Source: Patescibacteria group bacterium (GTDB lineage: Bacteria; Patescibacteriota; Microgenomatia; UBA10105; UBA927). From it: a stretch of 62,877 bases of DNA. The stretch is taken from positions 1 to 62,877 of the forward strand of contig JBGSUE010000032.1 in assembly GCA_041753515.1 (NCBI GenBank), given 5' to 3'. The notes under the pieces are model-generated. The model did no database searches. It was given only the letters and a program-made list of their open reading frames with translations, and was not told the DNA's origin. A program made the translations under genes and the position numbers. Every line of letters begins with the position of its first letter. The first letter of the stretch is position 1. Below are positions 1 to 9,895 of this stretch, piece after piece.

Positions 1-2
1 GA

Positions 3-650
3 AAGATTTATGACAATCTGAAAAAGGCATTCGGGTTTATTTTTGCAGTCCACGTACCAATCGCGGGGCTTGCAATAATTCCTCCCTTATTAGGGCTACC
101 CGTCATTCTTTTCCCGGCCCATATTGCGTTTCTTGAGCTCATTATCGATCCGGCCTGTTCAACGGTATTTGAAGCGGAGCATTCCGAGGAGGATATCATG
201 AAAAAGCATCCGAGAAAATTAAACGTACCTATATTGTCCCCCGGCAGAATGGCTATGGAGATCATGCAGGGAGTCAGTATACTGGCGATTATATTTTTTC
301 TGTATATCTTTTCTTTATATTCCGGCAAGACGGATGGTGAAATGCGTGCCATTTCGTTTATTTCCCTTGTCAGTGCATTTCTTGCCCTCGTCGTCACAAA
401 TCTATCGTGGAAACAACTTGGCATCATCGTAATCCATCATGCCTCGACCGCACTGCGGCTTATACTCACATTGGTTCCTGCTGCGCTCTTGGCAATTTTT
501 TCTATTCCGGGACTCAGAAGTGCTTTCCATTTCGATCCGCTTACATCTGTTGAGATTTTCATAGCTGTATGTACAGGAGCTGCAAGTCTTGTATGGTTTG
601 AACTGTTTAAAATAGTACAATACCAGAGAAAGAAGGAGGTGATTCTATGA
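3..650 (+). CDS. P-type cation-transporting ATPase, C-terminal fragment (5' end outside window)
   Basis: The frame of ORF 198..650 stays open back to nt 3 (KIYDNLKKAFGFIFAVHVPIAGLAIIPPLLGLPVILFPAHIAFLELIIDPACSTVFEAE...). This matches the C-terminal TM region of Ca/Mg-type P-ATPases, and hydrophobic helices follow. Confidence 0.8.
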   Translation, partial: KIYDNLKKAFGFIFAVHVPIAGLAIIPPLLGLPVILFPAHIAFLELIIDPACSTVFEAEHSEEDIMKKHPRKLNVPILSPGRMAMEIMQGVSILAIIFFLYIFSLYSGKTDGEMRAISFISLVSAFLALVVTNLSWKQLGIIVIHHASTALRLILTLVPAALLAIFSIPGLRSAFHFDPLTSVEIFIAVCTGAASLVWFELFKIVQYQRKKEVIL

Positions 651-949
651 AAGGGTTTATTGATTTCGTGAGGGAACAGGGAGTGGTAGGGTTGGCAGTC
701 GGATTTATCCTGGGAGGGTCGATTCAGAAAGTTGTATCTTCGTTGGTTACCGATATCATCAACCCATTTTTAAGTGTTATTCTTGGCGCGGCAGGCACCA
801 TGAAGGACCAGTTTTTTCAGATCGGACCGGTAAAGATCATGTGGGGAAGTTTTACGGCAAATGCAATCGATTTTATAGTAATTGCAGCCGTCGTCTATTT
901 CGGTGTGAAATTATTGAAGCTGGATAGGCTGGACAAAAAAAAGTCATGA
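647..949 (+). CDS. mscL: Large-conductance mechanosensitive channel MscL
   Basis: 100 aa. N-terminus FIDFVREQGVVGLAVGFILGGSIQKVVSSLVTDIINP resembles the MscL signature. Two TM helices and a K-rich tail. 4-nt overlap with the upstream stop. Confidence 0.85.
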   Translation: MKGFIDFVREQGVVGLAVGFILGGSIQKVVSSLVTDIINPFLSVILGAAGTMKDQFFQIGPVKIMWGSFTANAIDFIVIAAVVYFGVKLLKLDRLDKKKS

Positions 950-1479
950 AACCGTTTATTGTGGCCGTCGGATCGAAAAACCCGACAAAAATGAAGCCGG
1001 TGGAAGATATTTTCCGTATACATTTTCCGGATGTGTGTGTTGTGGGCGTTGATGTTGCTTCCGGAGTCAGTGATCAGCCCAAAAATGATGACGAAATATA
1101 TACCGGTGCAAAAAATAGGGCATTGAATGCACTTCATGCAGTTGATGGTGCCGCATACGGAGTAGGAATTGAAGGTGGTATAGCGAATCGGCCGTTTGGC
1201 CGATTTGAATATTCTCTCGTTGTTGTTGTCGATAGGTTTGGGCATGAGGGTATAGGATCTTCCGGTGGACTATTATTGCCGGACAAGATAGTTGGCATGA
1301 TTGATGAAGATAAAACATTGGAGGAAGCGATTGATGAGACGTTTGGGACGGAAAAAATCGGGCGCGGCATCGGAATGTTCGGTATCATGACCAAAGGAGT
1401 GGTAACCAGAGCTGAAGGTGTAAAACACGGAGTAGCATTTGCTCTGGCGCGGTTTTTGCATCCGGATGTTTATCGGTAA
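946..1479 (+). CDS. yjjX: Inosine/xanthosine triphosphatase (YjjX/DUF84 NTPase family)
   Basis: 177 aa. VGSKNPTK N-terminus and GIEGG core are typical of the DUF84 family. Translationally coupled to mscL. Confidence 0.7.
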   Translation: MKPFIVAVGSKNPTKMKPVEDIFRIHFPDVCVVGVDVASGVSDQPKNDDEIYTGAKNRALNALHAVDGAAYGVGIEGGIANRPFGRFEYSLVVVVDRFGHEGIGSSGGLLLPDKIVGMIDEDKTLEEAIDETFGTEKIGRGIGMFGIMTKGVVTRAEGVKHGVAFALARFLHPDVYR

Positions 1480-1718
1480 ATAGTTTTGCGATCAGCAATA
1501 CGAAGGATTGTAATTTCTTTCATTTTTAAATCAACTGTGTATAGGACGCGGAAGTTTCCGATTCTCAACCGGTAATTATTCTGCCCCTGCAGTTTTTTTG
1601 AATTTACCGGATATGGAGTATCCGATAATTCCTGAATTTTTTTCAGGATGTTTTGTGCAAACGGGTCTATAATATGATTCAATTCTTTTTGTGCATGTCT
1701 TGTGATGAACAGCTTCAT
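1470..1718 (-). CDS. relE: Type II toxin, RelE/ParE family mRNA interferase
   Basis: 82 aa. Typical RelE/StbE layout (KKLQGQNNYRLRIGNFRVLYTVD...ITILRIADRK). 4-nt overlap with the upstream antitoxin. Confidence 0.8.
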   Translation of the reverse strand: MKLFITRHAQKELNHIIDPFAQNILKKIQELSDTPYPVNSKKLQGQNNYRLRIGNFRVLYTVDLKMKEITILRIADRKTIYR

Positions 1719-1972
1719 GCAGGTGTTTTTCCGAAACGTTTTTCAATATACGAATCCACGGTATCCCGTTTTTCTTTTTTCGCTTTTTCAGCCTCCCGGG
1801 AGTCTGAAAGATCCAGAGCCGCCTCTTCAAGCGCCTGATAATAATCATAATCAACAAGAACGGCAGTCGGGCGCGAACGCTGCATAATGATGGAAATATT
1901 TTGTCCGTTTGATATGTCAGATAGAATAGTTGCCGTATCGGATCTTAATTGTGTAACAGAGACAGTGTTCAT
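1715..1972 (-). CDS. phd: Type II antitoxin, Phd/YefM family
   Basis: MNTVSVTQLRSDTATILSDISNGQNISIIMQRSRPTAVLVDYDYYQALEE is a classic Phd/YefM N-terminal domain. Start set at the third Met (1972) because the promoter overlaps the longer ORF. Confidence 0.8.
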   Translation of the reverse strand: MNTVSVTQLRSDTATILSDISNGQNISIIMQRSRPTAVLVDYDYYQALEEAALDLSDSREAEKAKKEKRDTVDSYIEKRFGKTPA

Positions 1973-1978
1973 ATATAT

Positions 1979-2006
1979 ATTGTATCTTATAAAATACATT
2001 TGTCAA
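1979..2006 (-). promoter_or_regulatory. Putative promoter TTGACA-16-TACAAT with an embedded 18-nt near-palindrome (candidate antitoxin operator)
   Basis: On the minus strand, TTGACA lies at 2006-2001 and TACAAT at 1984-1979. The plus-strand sequence TGTATCTTATAAAATACA (1981-1998) is palindromic except for one pair. The -10 ends 6 nt before the phd ATG. Confidence 0.5.
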
Positions 2007-2057
2007 TACGTTTAAAAGTACATAATTCTAGCACGACAGAAGGTGTATACTGGATAT

Positions 2058-2513
2058 ATGAACAGTGCAGTGAGGGTATTCATTGGTGTAAGCATAGTAG
2101 TACTTCTGTTTCTTCTGATCGGCCTTCGAATGAATCAGCAGTTATACGGATTCAAACCGGTACCGCTGAAGTCTGTTATTCCAACGCAGACACCAGTGTA
2201 CCAAGAGGATGTGTTTTGCGGAGGCATTGCCGGGATGCCGTGTCCGTCCGGATTCATCTGCGAGTTGGACGGAAATTATCCTGATGCCGGCGGGTGGTGC
2301 GTCCGTGTGAATGATACTCCTGTGGTAAAAAATTCAACATGTACAGATATCGGCGGTACATGGTCCGGAGAGCATCGTGAATGCATACAGATTGATGAAG
2401 ACCAGTGTGCGACAATAGGCGGGACTTTTAATGCCTGTGCAAGCCCTTGCCGCCACGAGACAAACAAGGATATTGTCTGCATTCAGATGTGTGTGGCTGT
2501 GTGTAGCCTGTAG
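2058..2513 (+). CDS. Hypothetical membrane-anchored cysteine-rich protein
   Basis: N-terminal TM/signal anchor (VFIGVSIVVLLFLLIGL) followed by a domain with about 14 Cys. No recognisable family. ATG 2058 is preferred over GTG 2043 because TATACT (2046-2051) sits 6 nt upstream. Confidence 0.5.
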   Translation: MNSAVRVFIGVSIVVLLFLLIGLRMNQQLYGFKPVPLKSVIPTQTPVYQEDVFCGGIAGMPCPSGFICELDGNYPDAGGWCVRVNDTPVVKNSTCTDIGGTWSGEHRECIQIDEDQCATIGGTFNACASPCRHETNKDIVCIQMCVAVCSL

Positions 2514-2516
2514 TAT

Positions 2517-3476
2517 ATGGATATCCTCTACAACCCCATATTTCTTGACCATGATACCGGCGAGCATCCCGAGAACAGAAAACGTTTGGAGGCATTCGGT
2601 GCAATACAGAGTACTAATATACAGGACGGAAGCAAGTATCTGACCTTGGTTCATACTCCTGTGTACATTCAGTATGTAAAGGATGCCTGTGAAAACGGAT
2701 CGCATTTGGATGCCGATACTCCCACATCCCAGCGGTCGTTTGATGCGGCAACTCATGCGGTCGGTGCAACAGTACTTTCAAGCGAAAAAGGCGCATTTGC
2801 TCTTGTGCGACCTCCGGGTCATCATGCACATCCTACCCGCGCCGGAGGATTTTGTATTTTCAATAATATTGCCATCGCGGTACAAAAATTAGTGAACGAT
2901 GGGAAAAAAGTACTTATCTTTGATTTTGACGGGCATTTGGGTGACGGGACGGATGAATATTTTTATCACAGCGACACAGTGATGTACATATCGTTCCATC
3001 AGGATCAGGTATTTCCCGGAGGCGGGGCTCTGGAGTTGATCGGAGATGGAAAAGGGAAAGGGTATACGATCCACTTTCCGTTTCATGCCGGCAGTGGTGA
3101 CGATGTGTATCTTCATGTTCTGGACAGTATTCTGCCGGTCGTTTCCCAATTTGCCCCGGATATAATCGGTTTTTCTGCAGGGTTTGATGGGTATCATGGC
3201 GATACCCTGTTGCGGTTGCGGTTAAGTATGGGGTGTTATTTTCAGATAGGTAAACGGTTCAGTAGTTTTTCCTGCAATAAATTTGCGGTCCTTGAAGGGG
3301 GATACAATACTGAGGCACTTCCCAAATGCGTTAAAAATTTTATTGCAGGCATTGACGGTAAGTGTGAAATACCCTACGCTGATGCCGCAACAGATACCCA
3401 TTTTCTGGAGTTGGAAAGCGTGAATGAAAAACTTAAGAATCTGAAAGAACTGCTTTCACCATACTGGAAACTATGA
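2517..3476 (+). CDS. Zn-dependent histone deacetylase-family deacetylase (HDAC/AcuC/acetylpolyamine amidohydrolase-like)
   Basis: Contains RPPGHHA (His-His dyad), DFDGHLGDGT, GFDGY and LEGGY (catalytic Tyr) motifs in the canonical order. Confidence 0.85.
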   Translation: MDILYNPIFLDHDTGEHPENRKRLEAFGAIQSTNIQDGSKYLTLVHTPVYIQYVKDACENGSHLDADTPTSQRSFDAATHAVGATVLSSEKGAFALVRPPGHHAHPTRAGGFCIFNNIAIAVQKLVNDGKKVLIFDFDGHLGDGTDEYFYHSDTVMYISFHQDQVFPGGGALELIGDGKGKGYTIHFPFHAGSGDDVYLHVLDSILPVVSQFAPDIIGFSAGFDGYHGDTLLRLRLSMGCYFQIGKRFSSFSCNKFAVLEGGYNTEALPKCVKNFIAGIDGKCEIPYADAATDTHFLELESVNEKLKNLKELLSPYWKL

Positions 3477-6148
3477 ATGCTGCCCATCTTAAAACTTTGT
3501 TTTCACCCAAAACTATTGCTGTAATCGGTGCTTCGCGAAGTGCCGGTTCTGTGGGGTATTCGCTACTGAAAAATCTTATAGATGGAGGCTATAAGGGTAT
3601 CGTGTATCCGGTTAATCCGAAATACGACAGCATCAACGGGGTAAAAACATATCCGGATATATCCTCTATCGGCGAGAAAGTGGATATGGCAATCATCGCA
3701 GTCCCGGCATCCAAAGTGCCGATGGTACTGGAGGCGTGTGCTAAAGCTGGTGTGCCGTCCTCAACAATCGTCACTGCAGGATTTAAGGAGGCAGGTGCCG
3801 AAGGCGTTCAGTTAACAGCAAAAATCCAGGAAATCATCCATACATATGGATTAACGGTGCTGGGGCCTAATTGCCTTGGTTTTATCCGGCCGCCGGTAGA
3901 CTTGAATGCCAGTTTTCTTCGAAAAAACGCCAAAGCGGGAGGTATTGCGTTTATTTCTCAGTCAGGAGCGCTGGGGAGCGCTGTCCTTGATTGGGCTGTG
4001 AAGGAGAATGTGGGATTTTCCGCATTCGTATCAATCGGGGATATGGTTGATATCGGATATCATGACCTCATTGATTATTTTGGCAATGATCCTGCAACAT
4101 CCTCGATTCTCATATATATGGAATCCCTCACGGAAGCACGGAAATTCATGTCTGCTGCACGCGGATTTGCACGGACAAAGCCGATTATTATTTTAAAAGT
4201 CGGGAAAAGTTTGGAAGGAGCCCGTGCTGCCCGTTCCCACACAGGATCTTTGACCGGGAATGATCAGGTGTTTGATGCGGCATTTAAAAGGGTGGGGGTT
4301 TTACGGGTTAAATCCATCAGAGAACTATTTGATTGTGCAAAAACTCTTGCCATGCAAAAGCGGCCGGGCAACAACAGGCTTGCGATTGTAACCAATGCAG
4401 GCGGCCCCGGAGTGATTGCCACAGACAGATTGATTGATTTAGGCGGAAAATTGGCAGATTTGCAGGATCAGTCCGTACAGTACCTGAACGAAAAACTTCC
4501 GGCTGTCTGGAGTCATGAGAATCCTGTGGATGTGCTGGGTGATGCCGATGTTTTAAGGTACCGTCACGGTGTTTCCGTATGTCTGAATGATCCCTTTGTC
4601 GACGGTGTACTTGTTATATTGACACCTCAAGCAGTGACAGATGCGGCAGGAGTTGCCCGTGAAATTGTTGATGTGGCAAAAACAAACTCAAAGACTATTC
4701 TGGCCGCGTGGATGGGGGACGGTGACGTTGAGGACGGCAGAAGAATATTGGAAGACGGTAACATCCCGGCATATGAGCGGCCGGAGGAGGCAGTCAAGGC
4801 TTTCATGAACATGTATGCATACGGCAGCAATTTGCAGCTTCTTAATGAAACACCGGCCACAACGCCGCATGCGTTTTCACCCAAAACCGAAATGAACAGG
4901 AAAATTATCACCGATGCATTGAAAAATGGACGGTATGTGCTTACTGAGCCGGAAGCAAAAAAGTTTCTCACGAATTATGAAATTCCCGTCCCCCGGGGAT
5001 ATCTGGCAGTTAATGCAGACGATGCCGTGGCAAAGGCTGATTCTTTGGGGTACCCCGTAGTAATGAAGATCGTATCTGCCGATATTGTGCATAAAATCGA
5101 TGTAGGAGGAGTACTGACGAACCTTGCAAATTCAATTGCTGTGCGACATGCATTTGAATCAATCATTCATTCTGTCTCATCCCATTTACCTCGCGCGAAA
5201 ATTGATGGCGTGTATGTTGAGGAGATGATCCAGAAAAAATATGAACTGATCATCGGCTCTAACAAAGATCCGATTTTCGGACCGGTTATCATTTTTGGCA
5301 TGGGCGGGGTGGCTGTGGAAGTATTTAAAGATACGAATTTCGGTTTGCCGCCTTTAAATATGGCATTGGCACAGCGTCTCATTGAGGGGACAAAAATTTA
5401 TCAGCTGCTCAAAGGTTTCCGCGGTTCCTCGGCTGTGGATATCTCTGCCATTCAGTTTTTGTTGTATAAATTTGCGTACATGGTGTGTGATTTTCCCCAA
5501 ATCAAGGAGCTTGATATAAACCCGTTTGTTGTGGATGAAACAGGAGGAATCGTTCTGGATGCAAAAGTGATTTTGGATGAGAAAAACAATAATCCTGATG
5601 GTTTACGGTATTCACATCTGGTTATTTCTCCATATCCGAGTGAGTACGAGAAACATGTGACAACCAATACCGGACAAACAGTATTTTTGCGTCCCATCAG
5701 GCCGGAAGATGAGATAATGGAGGCTGAGATGTTCACCACGTTTTCTTCAGAAACTCAAAGGTTTCGGTTTTTCGGACCTATCAAGGATATTACACATGAG
5801 ATGCTCATCCGCTATACCCAGATCGATTACGACCGTGAAATAGCCATCATTGCTGAATTGTCGGAAGGGGGAAAGAAGCGGATGCTGGGAGTCGTACGGG
5901 TCATTTCCGATGCGTATAATGAAATGGCGGAGTTTGCAATCGTGATCGGGGATCCTTGGCAAAAACAGGGATTGGGCGGAAAAATGATGGAACATATGCT
6001 GGACATATGCCGGAAGAGGCATGTTAAAAAACTGTATGCATATACACTGCCGGACAATTCCGGCATGCTTCATTTATTTAAAAAATTCGGTTTTACGATA
6101 AAGCACGACGAGGATTTATACCGCGTCGACCTCAAACTTGGTGATTAA
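3473..6148 (+). CDS. ADP-forming acyl-CoA synthetase (alpha+beta fused) with C-terminal GNAT domain; Pat/PatZ-like protein acetyltransferase architecture
   Basis: 891 aa. CoA-binding N-terminus (IAVIGASRSAGSVGY), SHTGSLTGN loop, ATP-grasp segment (VMKIVSADIVHKIDVGGV), and a C-terminal GNAT (FAIVIGDPWQKQGLGGKMMEHML). ATGA overlap with the deacetylase stop. Confidence 0.8.
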   Translation: MNAAHLKTLFSPKTIAVIGASRSAGSVGYSLLKNLIDGGYKGIVYPVNPKYDSINGVKTYPDISSIGEKVDMAIIAVPASKVPMVLEACAKAGVPSSTIVTAGFKEAGAEGVQLTAKIQEIIHTYGLTVLGPNCLGFIRPPVDLNASFLRKNAKAGGIAFISQSGALGSAVLDWAVKENVGFSAFVSIGDMVDIGYHDLIDYFGNDPATSSILIYMESLTEARKFMSAARGFARTKPIIILKVGKSLEGARAARSHTGSLTGNDQVFDAAFKRVGVLRVKSIRELFDCAKTLAMQKRPGNNRLAIVTNAGGPGVIATDRLIDLGGKLADLQDQSVQYLNEKLPAVWSHENPVDVLGDADVLRYRHGVSVCLNDPFVDGVLVILTPQAVTDAAGVAREIVDVAKTNSKTILAAWMGDGDVEDGRRILEDGNIPAYERPEEAVKAFMNMYAYGSNLQLLNETPATTPHAFSPKTEMNRKIITDALKNGRYVLTEPEAKKFLTNYEIPVPRGYLAVNADDAVAKADSLGYPVVMKIVSADIVHKIDVGGVLTNLANSIAVRHAFESIIHSVSSHLPRAKIDGVYVEEMIQKKYELIIGSNKDPIFGPVIIFGMGGVAVEVFKDTNFGLPPLNMALAQRLIEGTKIYQLLKGFRGSSAVDISAIQFLLYKFAYMVCDFPQIKELDINPFVVDETGGIVLDAKVILDEKNNNPDGLRYSHLVISPYPSEYEKHVTTNTGQTVFLRPIRPEDEIMEAEMFTTFSSETQRFRFFGPIKDITHEMLIRYTQIDYDREIAIIAELSEGGKKRMLGVVRVISDAYNEMAEFAIVIGDPWQKQGLGGKMMEHMLDICRKRHVKKLYAYTLPDNSGMLHLFKKFGFTIKHDEDLYRVDLKLGD

Positions 6149-6177
6149 TATATAATTTTCTGGTATACTTCAGATAC

Positions 6178-6212
6178 CCCGCATGGAAATGATGAGTGCG
6201 GGTTTCTTTTTT
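6178..6212 (+). terminator. Weak hairpin plus T-tract after the Pat-like gene
   Basis: CCCGCA (6178-6183) pairs with TGCGGG (6197-6202) across a 13-nt loop, followed by TTTCTTTTTT. It overlaps the long typA ORF prediction. Confidence 0.35.
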
Positions 6213-8027
6213 ATGGATATCAGAAACATTGCCATTATAGCCCATGTGGATCATGGGAAAACAACGCTTGTTGACGGGATGCTGAAGCAGACGCATACGT
6301 TCCGTGATAATCAGGCGGAGATGGGACAGACGACGATCCTGGATAGAAACGATCTTGAACGGGAAAAGGGAATTACCATCCTTGCTAAAAATACTGCAGT
6401 CAATTGGAAAGGGACAAAAATTAATATTATCGATACGCCCGGACATGCGGATTTTTCAGGGGAAGTAGAACGGGTGATCGGCATGGCTGACGGGGCACTC
6501 CTCATTGTTGATGCAGCCGAAGGACCTTTGCCTCAAACACAATTTGTGCTGGAGCAGGCATTCAAAAAAAATCTTAAAATCATAATGGTCGTGAATAAAA
6601 TTGACCGCAAAGACGCCAGGCCTGATGAGGTATTGCGGGCGACGGAAGATTTGTTCGTAAAACTTGCTAAAAATGAAGACCAGCTTCTTTTTCCCGTGAT
6701 GTACGCGATTGGGCGTGAGGGTAAAGCGTGGGAGCACCTTCCGACTCATCCGGAAAATCCTGCAACACTCGAACCTTTATTTTCATGTATCATCCGTGAA
6801 CTTCCGCCGCCGATAGTCTATCCGGAAAAACCGTTCCGGATGCTTGTTTCAACCCTTGATTTTGATCCGTACAAAGGGACATACGCAATCGGAAAAATTA
6901 CCGAAGGGTCAGTGAACTCCGGACAGTCTGTTGTAGTTCTTGCACACAACGATAAAATCGCAACGGGAAAAGTGGAAGGGGTTTTTACATCCATCGGACT
7001 GTCGCGTGAAAAAGTAGATCGGTCAGAACCGGGAGATATCATTGCAGTGACCGGAGTATCTGATATCAGTATTGGGTATACCATCGCGGACATTACGGAA
7101 TCGTCAGGTTTTCCCTTGATTACGATTACCGAGCCGACAATAAAAATCCAGATCGGTCCCAACACATCCCCACTGGCCGGGCGGGAAGGGAAATTCGGTA
7201 CTGCACGACAGTTGTCCGAGCGTTTGACACGGGAGCTGAAAACTAATATAGGACTGCGTATTCAAGCTTCCGGATCAAGTTCATTTCTTGTTTCCGGGCG
7301 CGGAGAACTGCATCTTTCAATTCTCATAGAGAATCTGCGGCGTGAGGGGTATGAAATGGAAGTCGGTAAGCCTCAGGTGATCGTGAAGGAAATTGATGGG
7401 GTGATCTATGAACCGTTTGAGGAAGTGACCATTGAAGTCAACAATGAATATACCGGTGTGATCGTTGAGTCGCTGGGGAAACGGAAAGGTATAATGACTG
7501 ATACCCTCACGACACCGCACGGGACAACACGTTTGGTGTACACTATCTCAAGCAGTAACCTATTGGGATTCAGGAGCGAAATGTTGACCGCTACCCGTGG
7601 TAACGGCATATTTGCCTCTCGTTTTCTCGGATATTTTCCGGAAAGTACCAAAGTAGACCATATGCGAAATGGCGTATTAGTTGCATATGAAAGCGGTGTG
7701 TCCAGTGCATACTCACTCACGACAGTTCAGGAGAGGGGAATTCCCTTTATCGGTCCGGGAGTGCCGGTGTATGAAGGAATGATAATCGGTGAAAATAGGC
7801 GAAGCGGGGATATCGATATCAATGTAACGAAATCAAAACGGTTGACCAATATCCACTCGGCTACGGCTGATATTGCCATTCACCTTGAACCGCCGACAAT
7901 TTTATCTCTTGAACAGTGCCTGGATTTTATCGAGAATGATGAGCTTCTGGAAGTGACCCCAAAAAGTCTTCGTTTGAGAAAACGATATCTTTCCAAAATA
8001 GACAGGGTACGAGCTAAGCGTAAATAG
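6213..8027 (+). CDS. typA: Translational GTPase TypA/BipA
   Basis: [20 protein letters not shown]1 motif, [13 protein letters not shown], and the BipA-type C-terminal domain. Start at 6213 gives the usual short N-terminus; 6183 is possible. Confidence 0.9.
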   Translation: MDIRNIAIIAHVDHGKTTLVDGMLKQTHTFRDNQAEMGQTTILDRNDLEREKGITILAKNTAVNWKGTKINIIDTPGHADFSGEVERVIGMADGALLIVDAAEGPLPQTQFVLEQAFKKNLKIIMVVNKIDRKDARPDEVLRATEDLFVKLAKNEDQLLFPVMYAIGREGKAWEHLPTHPENPATLEPLFSCIIRELPPPIVYPEKPFRMLVSTLDFDPYKGTYAIGKITEGSVNSGQSVVVLAHNDKIATGKVEGVFTSIGLSREKVDRSEPGDIIAVTGVSDISIGYTIADITESSGFPLITITEPTIKIQIGPNTSPLAGREGKFGTARQLSERLTRELKTNIGLRIQASGSSSFLVSGRGELHLSILIENLRREGYEMEVGKPQVIVKEIDGVIYEPFEEVTIEVNNEYTGVIVESLGKRKGIMTDTLTTPHGTTRLVYTISSSNLLGFRSEMLTATRGNGIFASRFLGYFPESTKVDHMRNGVLVAYESGVSSAYSLTTVQERGIPFIGPGVPVYEGMIIGENRRSGDIDINVTKSKRLTNIHSATADIAIHLEPPTILSLEQCLDFIENDELLEVTPKSLRLRKRYLSKIDRVRAKRK

Positions 8028-8063
8028 CTGAATTTCTACTCTACAATAATCCTCCCGGTAGTT

Positions 8064-8069
8064 TATAAT
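8064..8069 (+). promoter_or_regulatory. -10 box TATAAT, 7 nt upstream of the kinase ATG (leaderless arrangement)
   Basis: Perfect TATAAT at 8064-8069, ATG at 8077, and no SD in between. Confidence 0.5.
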
Positions 8070-8076
8070 AGGGTAT

Positions 8077-9471
8077 ATGCCTGCCAATAAGCAACCAGTG
8101 TATACCGGAATCGGGAACGCCCAGCCGGCTCTGAGCGAAGAACTTTTCAAAGCGACGGAAGCCATTTACAGACAGAATTTTGAACTTTCCGTAAAAAACA
8201 GGACCCTGCGGGTATTGAGGTCTTTGTATACAGTATCGCTTAAGGATGAAAATATTGCGGAAACTGCTCAGCATATTACGGATATCCTATGCGATGAGAT
8301 GTCTTATCAATTTGCATTACTTTCCGTTGTTCAAACGGAAAATCAAACAGTTGGTGCAGTAGCTATAAATCAGAATAGAGTACTGAAGGAAATATTGAAA
8401 TCACATCATCTGGCTGTGCAGGATACAATTTTTTCCTTAAAGAATCAGGAAGCTGTTATGGTTCAAGTGCTTGCGGCAAACACGCCTCAAACTTTGACTT
8501 CTCTTTTTCCGTTATTCTCTCCGTTTTTACCAGAAAATGCCTGTGTGCAAATAGAACATAGTCTTGATATCCGTACCCTGTTTGTATACCCGCTTGTCTA
8601 TGCAGGAAGACCGTTGGGTGTTCTTGCTATTGGTATCGGTAACGACAGCGAACAATTTTCTGATGTAGAAAAGGAATCAATGGTGCAATTGATTGATGTC
8701 GTGAAAATTACTCTTGAACGTTCAAATCTGCAAAGATCACTTCAGGAAGCTAACAATCGAATGAAGGATCTGGATAAGCTTAAAGATGAATTTGTCACTC
8801 TTGCAAGTCATGAGCTTCGCACCCCCATGACTGCGATCCGGGGATCGCTTTCCACAATTCTTGAGGGGTATGCCGGTGAAATTTCCCCGTCTGTCCGTGA
8901 GTTTCTGGTGGCCGCCTACAATGAAAATGACAGGCTCATTCGTCTTGTGAATAATCTTTTGAATATTTCAAGAATTGAAGCAGGAAGGATCAATTTTGCC
9001 ATGACCAAGGTAGACATATCTGCCGTCATACAGGAAGTGGTGTCAAATCTTGATAGTGCCGCAAAAGAGAAAAATTTGACTTTGATATATGATAAAAAAT
9101 CGGATGTTGGGCACGTGAGGGCTGACTGCGACAAAGTGAAGGAAGTGCTGATAAATATTGTAGGAAATGCGGTGAAGTTTACCCATAAAGGAGGAGTGAC
9201 GGTACGGGCTGCAGTTGACGGAAATTTTATTGTTATTTCCATAACCGATACGGGATCCGGCATTTCAAACAGCGACCAGGAACTCTTATTTAAAAAGTTT
9301 TCCCAAGTGCAGGGTAATTATGCAAAGCAATCCGGAGGGACTGGATTGGGCTTATATATCTGCAAAATTATGGTTGAAGGAATGGGAGGGAAGATCTGGC
9401 TGGATTCAACACTCGGAGTCGGCAGTACGTTCCATTTTACCCTACCCATTTTCCATGAAGGTAAGGTATAA
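8077..9471 (+). CDS. Cytoplasmic sensor histidine kinase (N-terminal GAF-like sensor, HisKA, HATPase_c)
   Basis: H-box FVTLASHELRTPMTAIRG, N-box NIVGNAVKFT, G-boxes DTGSGI and GGTGLGLYI. No TM helices are evident. Confidence 0.85.
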   Translation: MPANKQPVYTGIGNAQPALSEELFKATEAIYRQNFELSVKNRTLRVLRSLYTVSLKDENIAETAQHITDILCDEMSYQFALLSVVQTENQTVGAVAINQNRVLKEILKSHHLAVQDTIFSLKNQEAVMVQVLAANTPQTLTSLFPLFSPFLPENACVQIEHSLDIRTLFVYPLVYAGRPLGVLAIGIGNDSEQFSDVEKESMVQLIDVVKITLERSNLQRSLQEANNRMKDLDKLKDEFVTLASHELRTPMTAIRGSLSTILEGYAGEISPSVREFLVAAYNENDRLIRLVNNLLNISRIEAGRINFAMTKVDISAVIQEVVSNLDSAAKEKNLTLIYDKKSDVGHVRADCDKVKEVLINIVGNAVKFTHKGGVTVRAAVDGNFIVISITDTGSGISNSDQELLFKKFSQVQGNYAKQSGGTGLGLYICKIMVEGMGGKIWLDSTLGVGSTFHFTLPIFHEGKV

Positions 9472-9492
9472 TAAGAAACATCAACTATTCGT

Positions 9493-9879
9493 ATGGCAAA
9501 AATATTGTTTATCGAGGACGATCCTCTCATTGTAAAAATATACTCCACCCGGCTGAAAGCCGATGGTCATGAAGTATTTTCCGCGGAAAATGGGGAAGAA
9601 GGTTTGAACGTCATTGATGAGTGTCATCCCGATGTTGTGGTATTGGATGTCATGATGCCCAAGATGGACGGATTTGCAGTTTTGGAAAGGTTACGATCGC
9701 GGGACGCTTATAAAAATATTCCAATCCTCATGTATTCGAACCTCAATAATGAAGAGGAGATTTCCCGGGCAAAAAAAGCAGGAGTAACCGAATTTATCGT
9801 GAAAGCAAACTTGTCTCCGACGCAGATGGTCGTGAAGATAGAGCAGTATCTGCCGGCACCCGCATCATCCGGCACGTAA
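9493..9879 (+). CDS. Stand-alone response regulator receiver (CheY-like)
   Basis: 128 aa. ILFIEDD, the phospho-acceptor context VVLDVMMPKMDG, and a conserved K in FIVKA. No output domain. Confidence 0.85.
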   Translation: MAKILFIEDDPLIVKIYSTRLKADGHEVFSAENGEEGLNVIDECHPDVVVLDVMMPKMDGFAVLERLRSRDAYKNIPILMYSNLNNEEEISRAKKAGVTEFIVKANLSPTQMVVKIEQYLPAPASSGT

Positions 9880-9895
9880 AAGTGCGGGAACTCGT

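Noticed and set aside
6183-6212. Longer typA start ([12 protein letters not shown]...).
   Set aside because: The extra 10 codons coincide with a hairpin and T-tract, and they give an atypical hydrophobic N-terminus. BipA homologs begin a few residues before the [16 protein letters not shown] motif. I keep it as an alternative because neither start has an SD.
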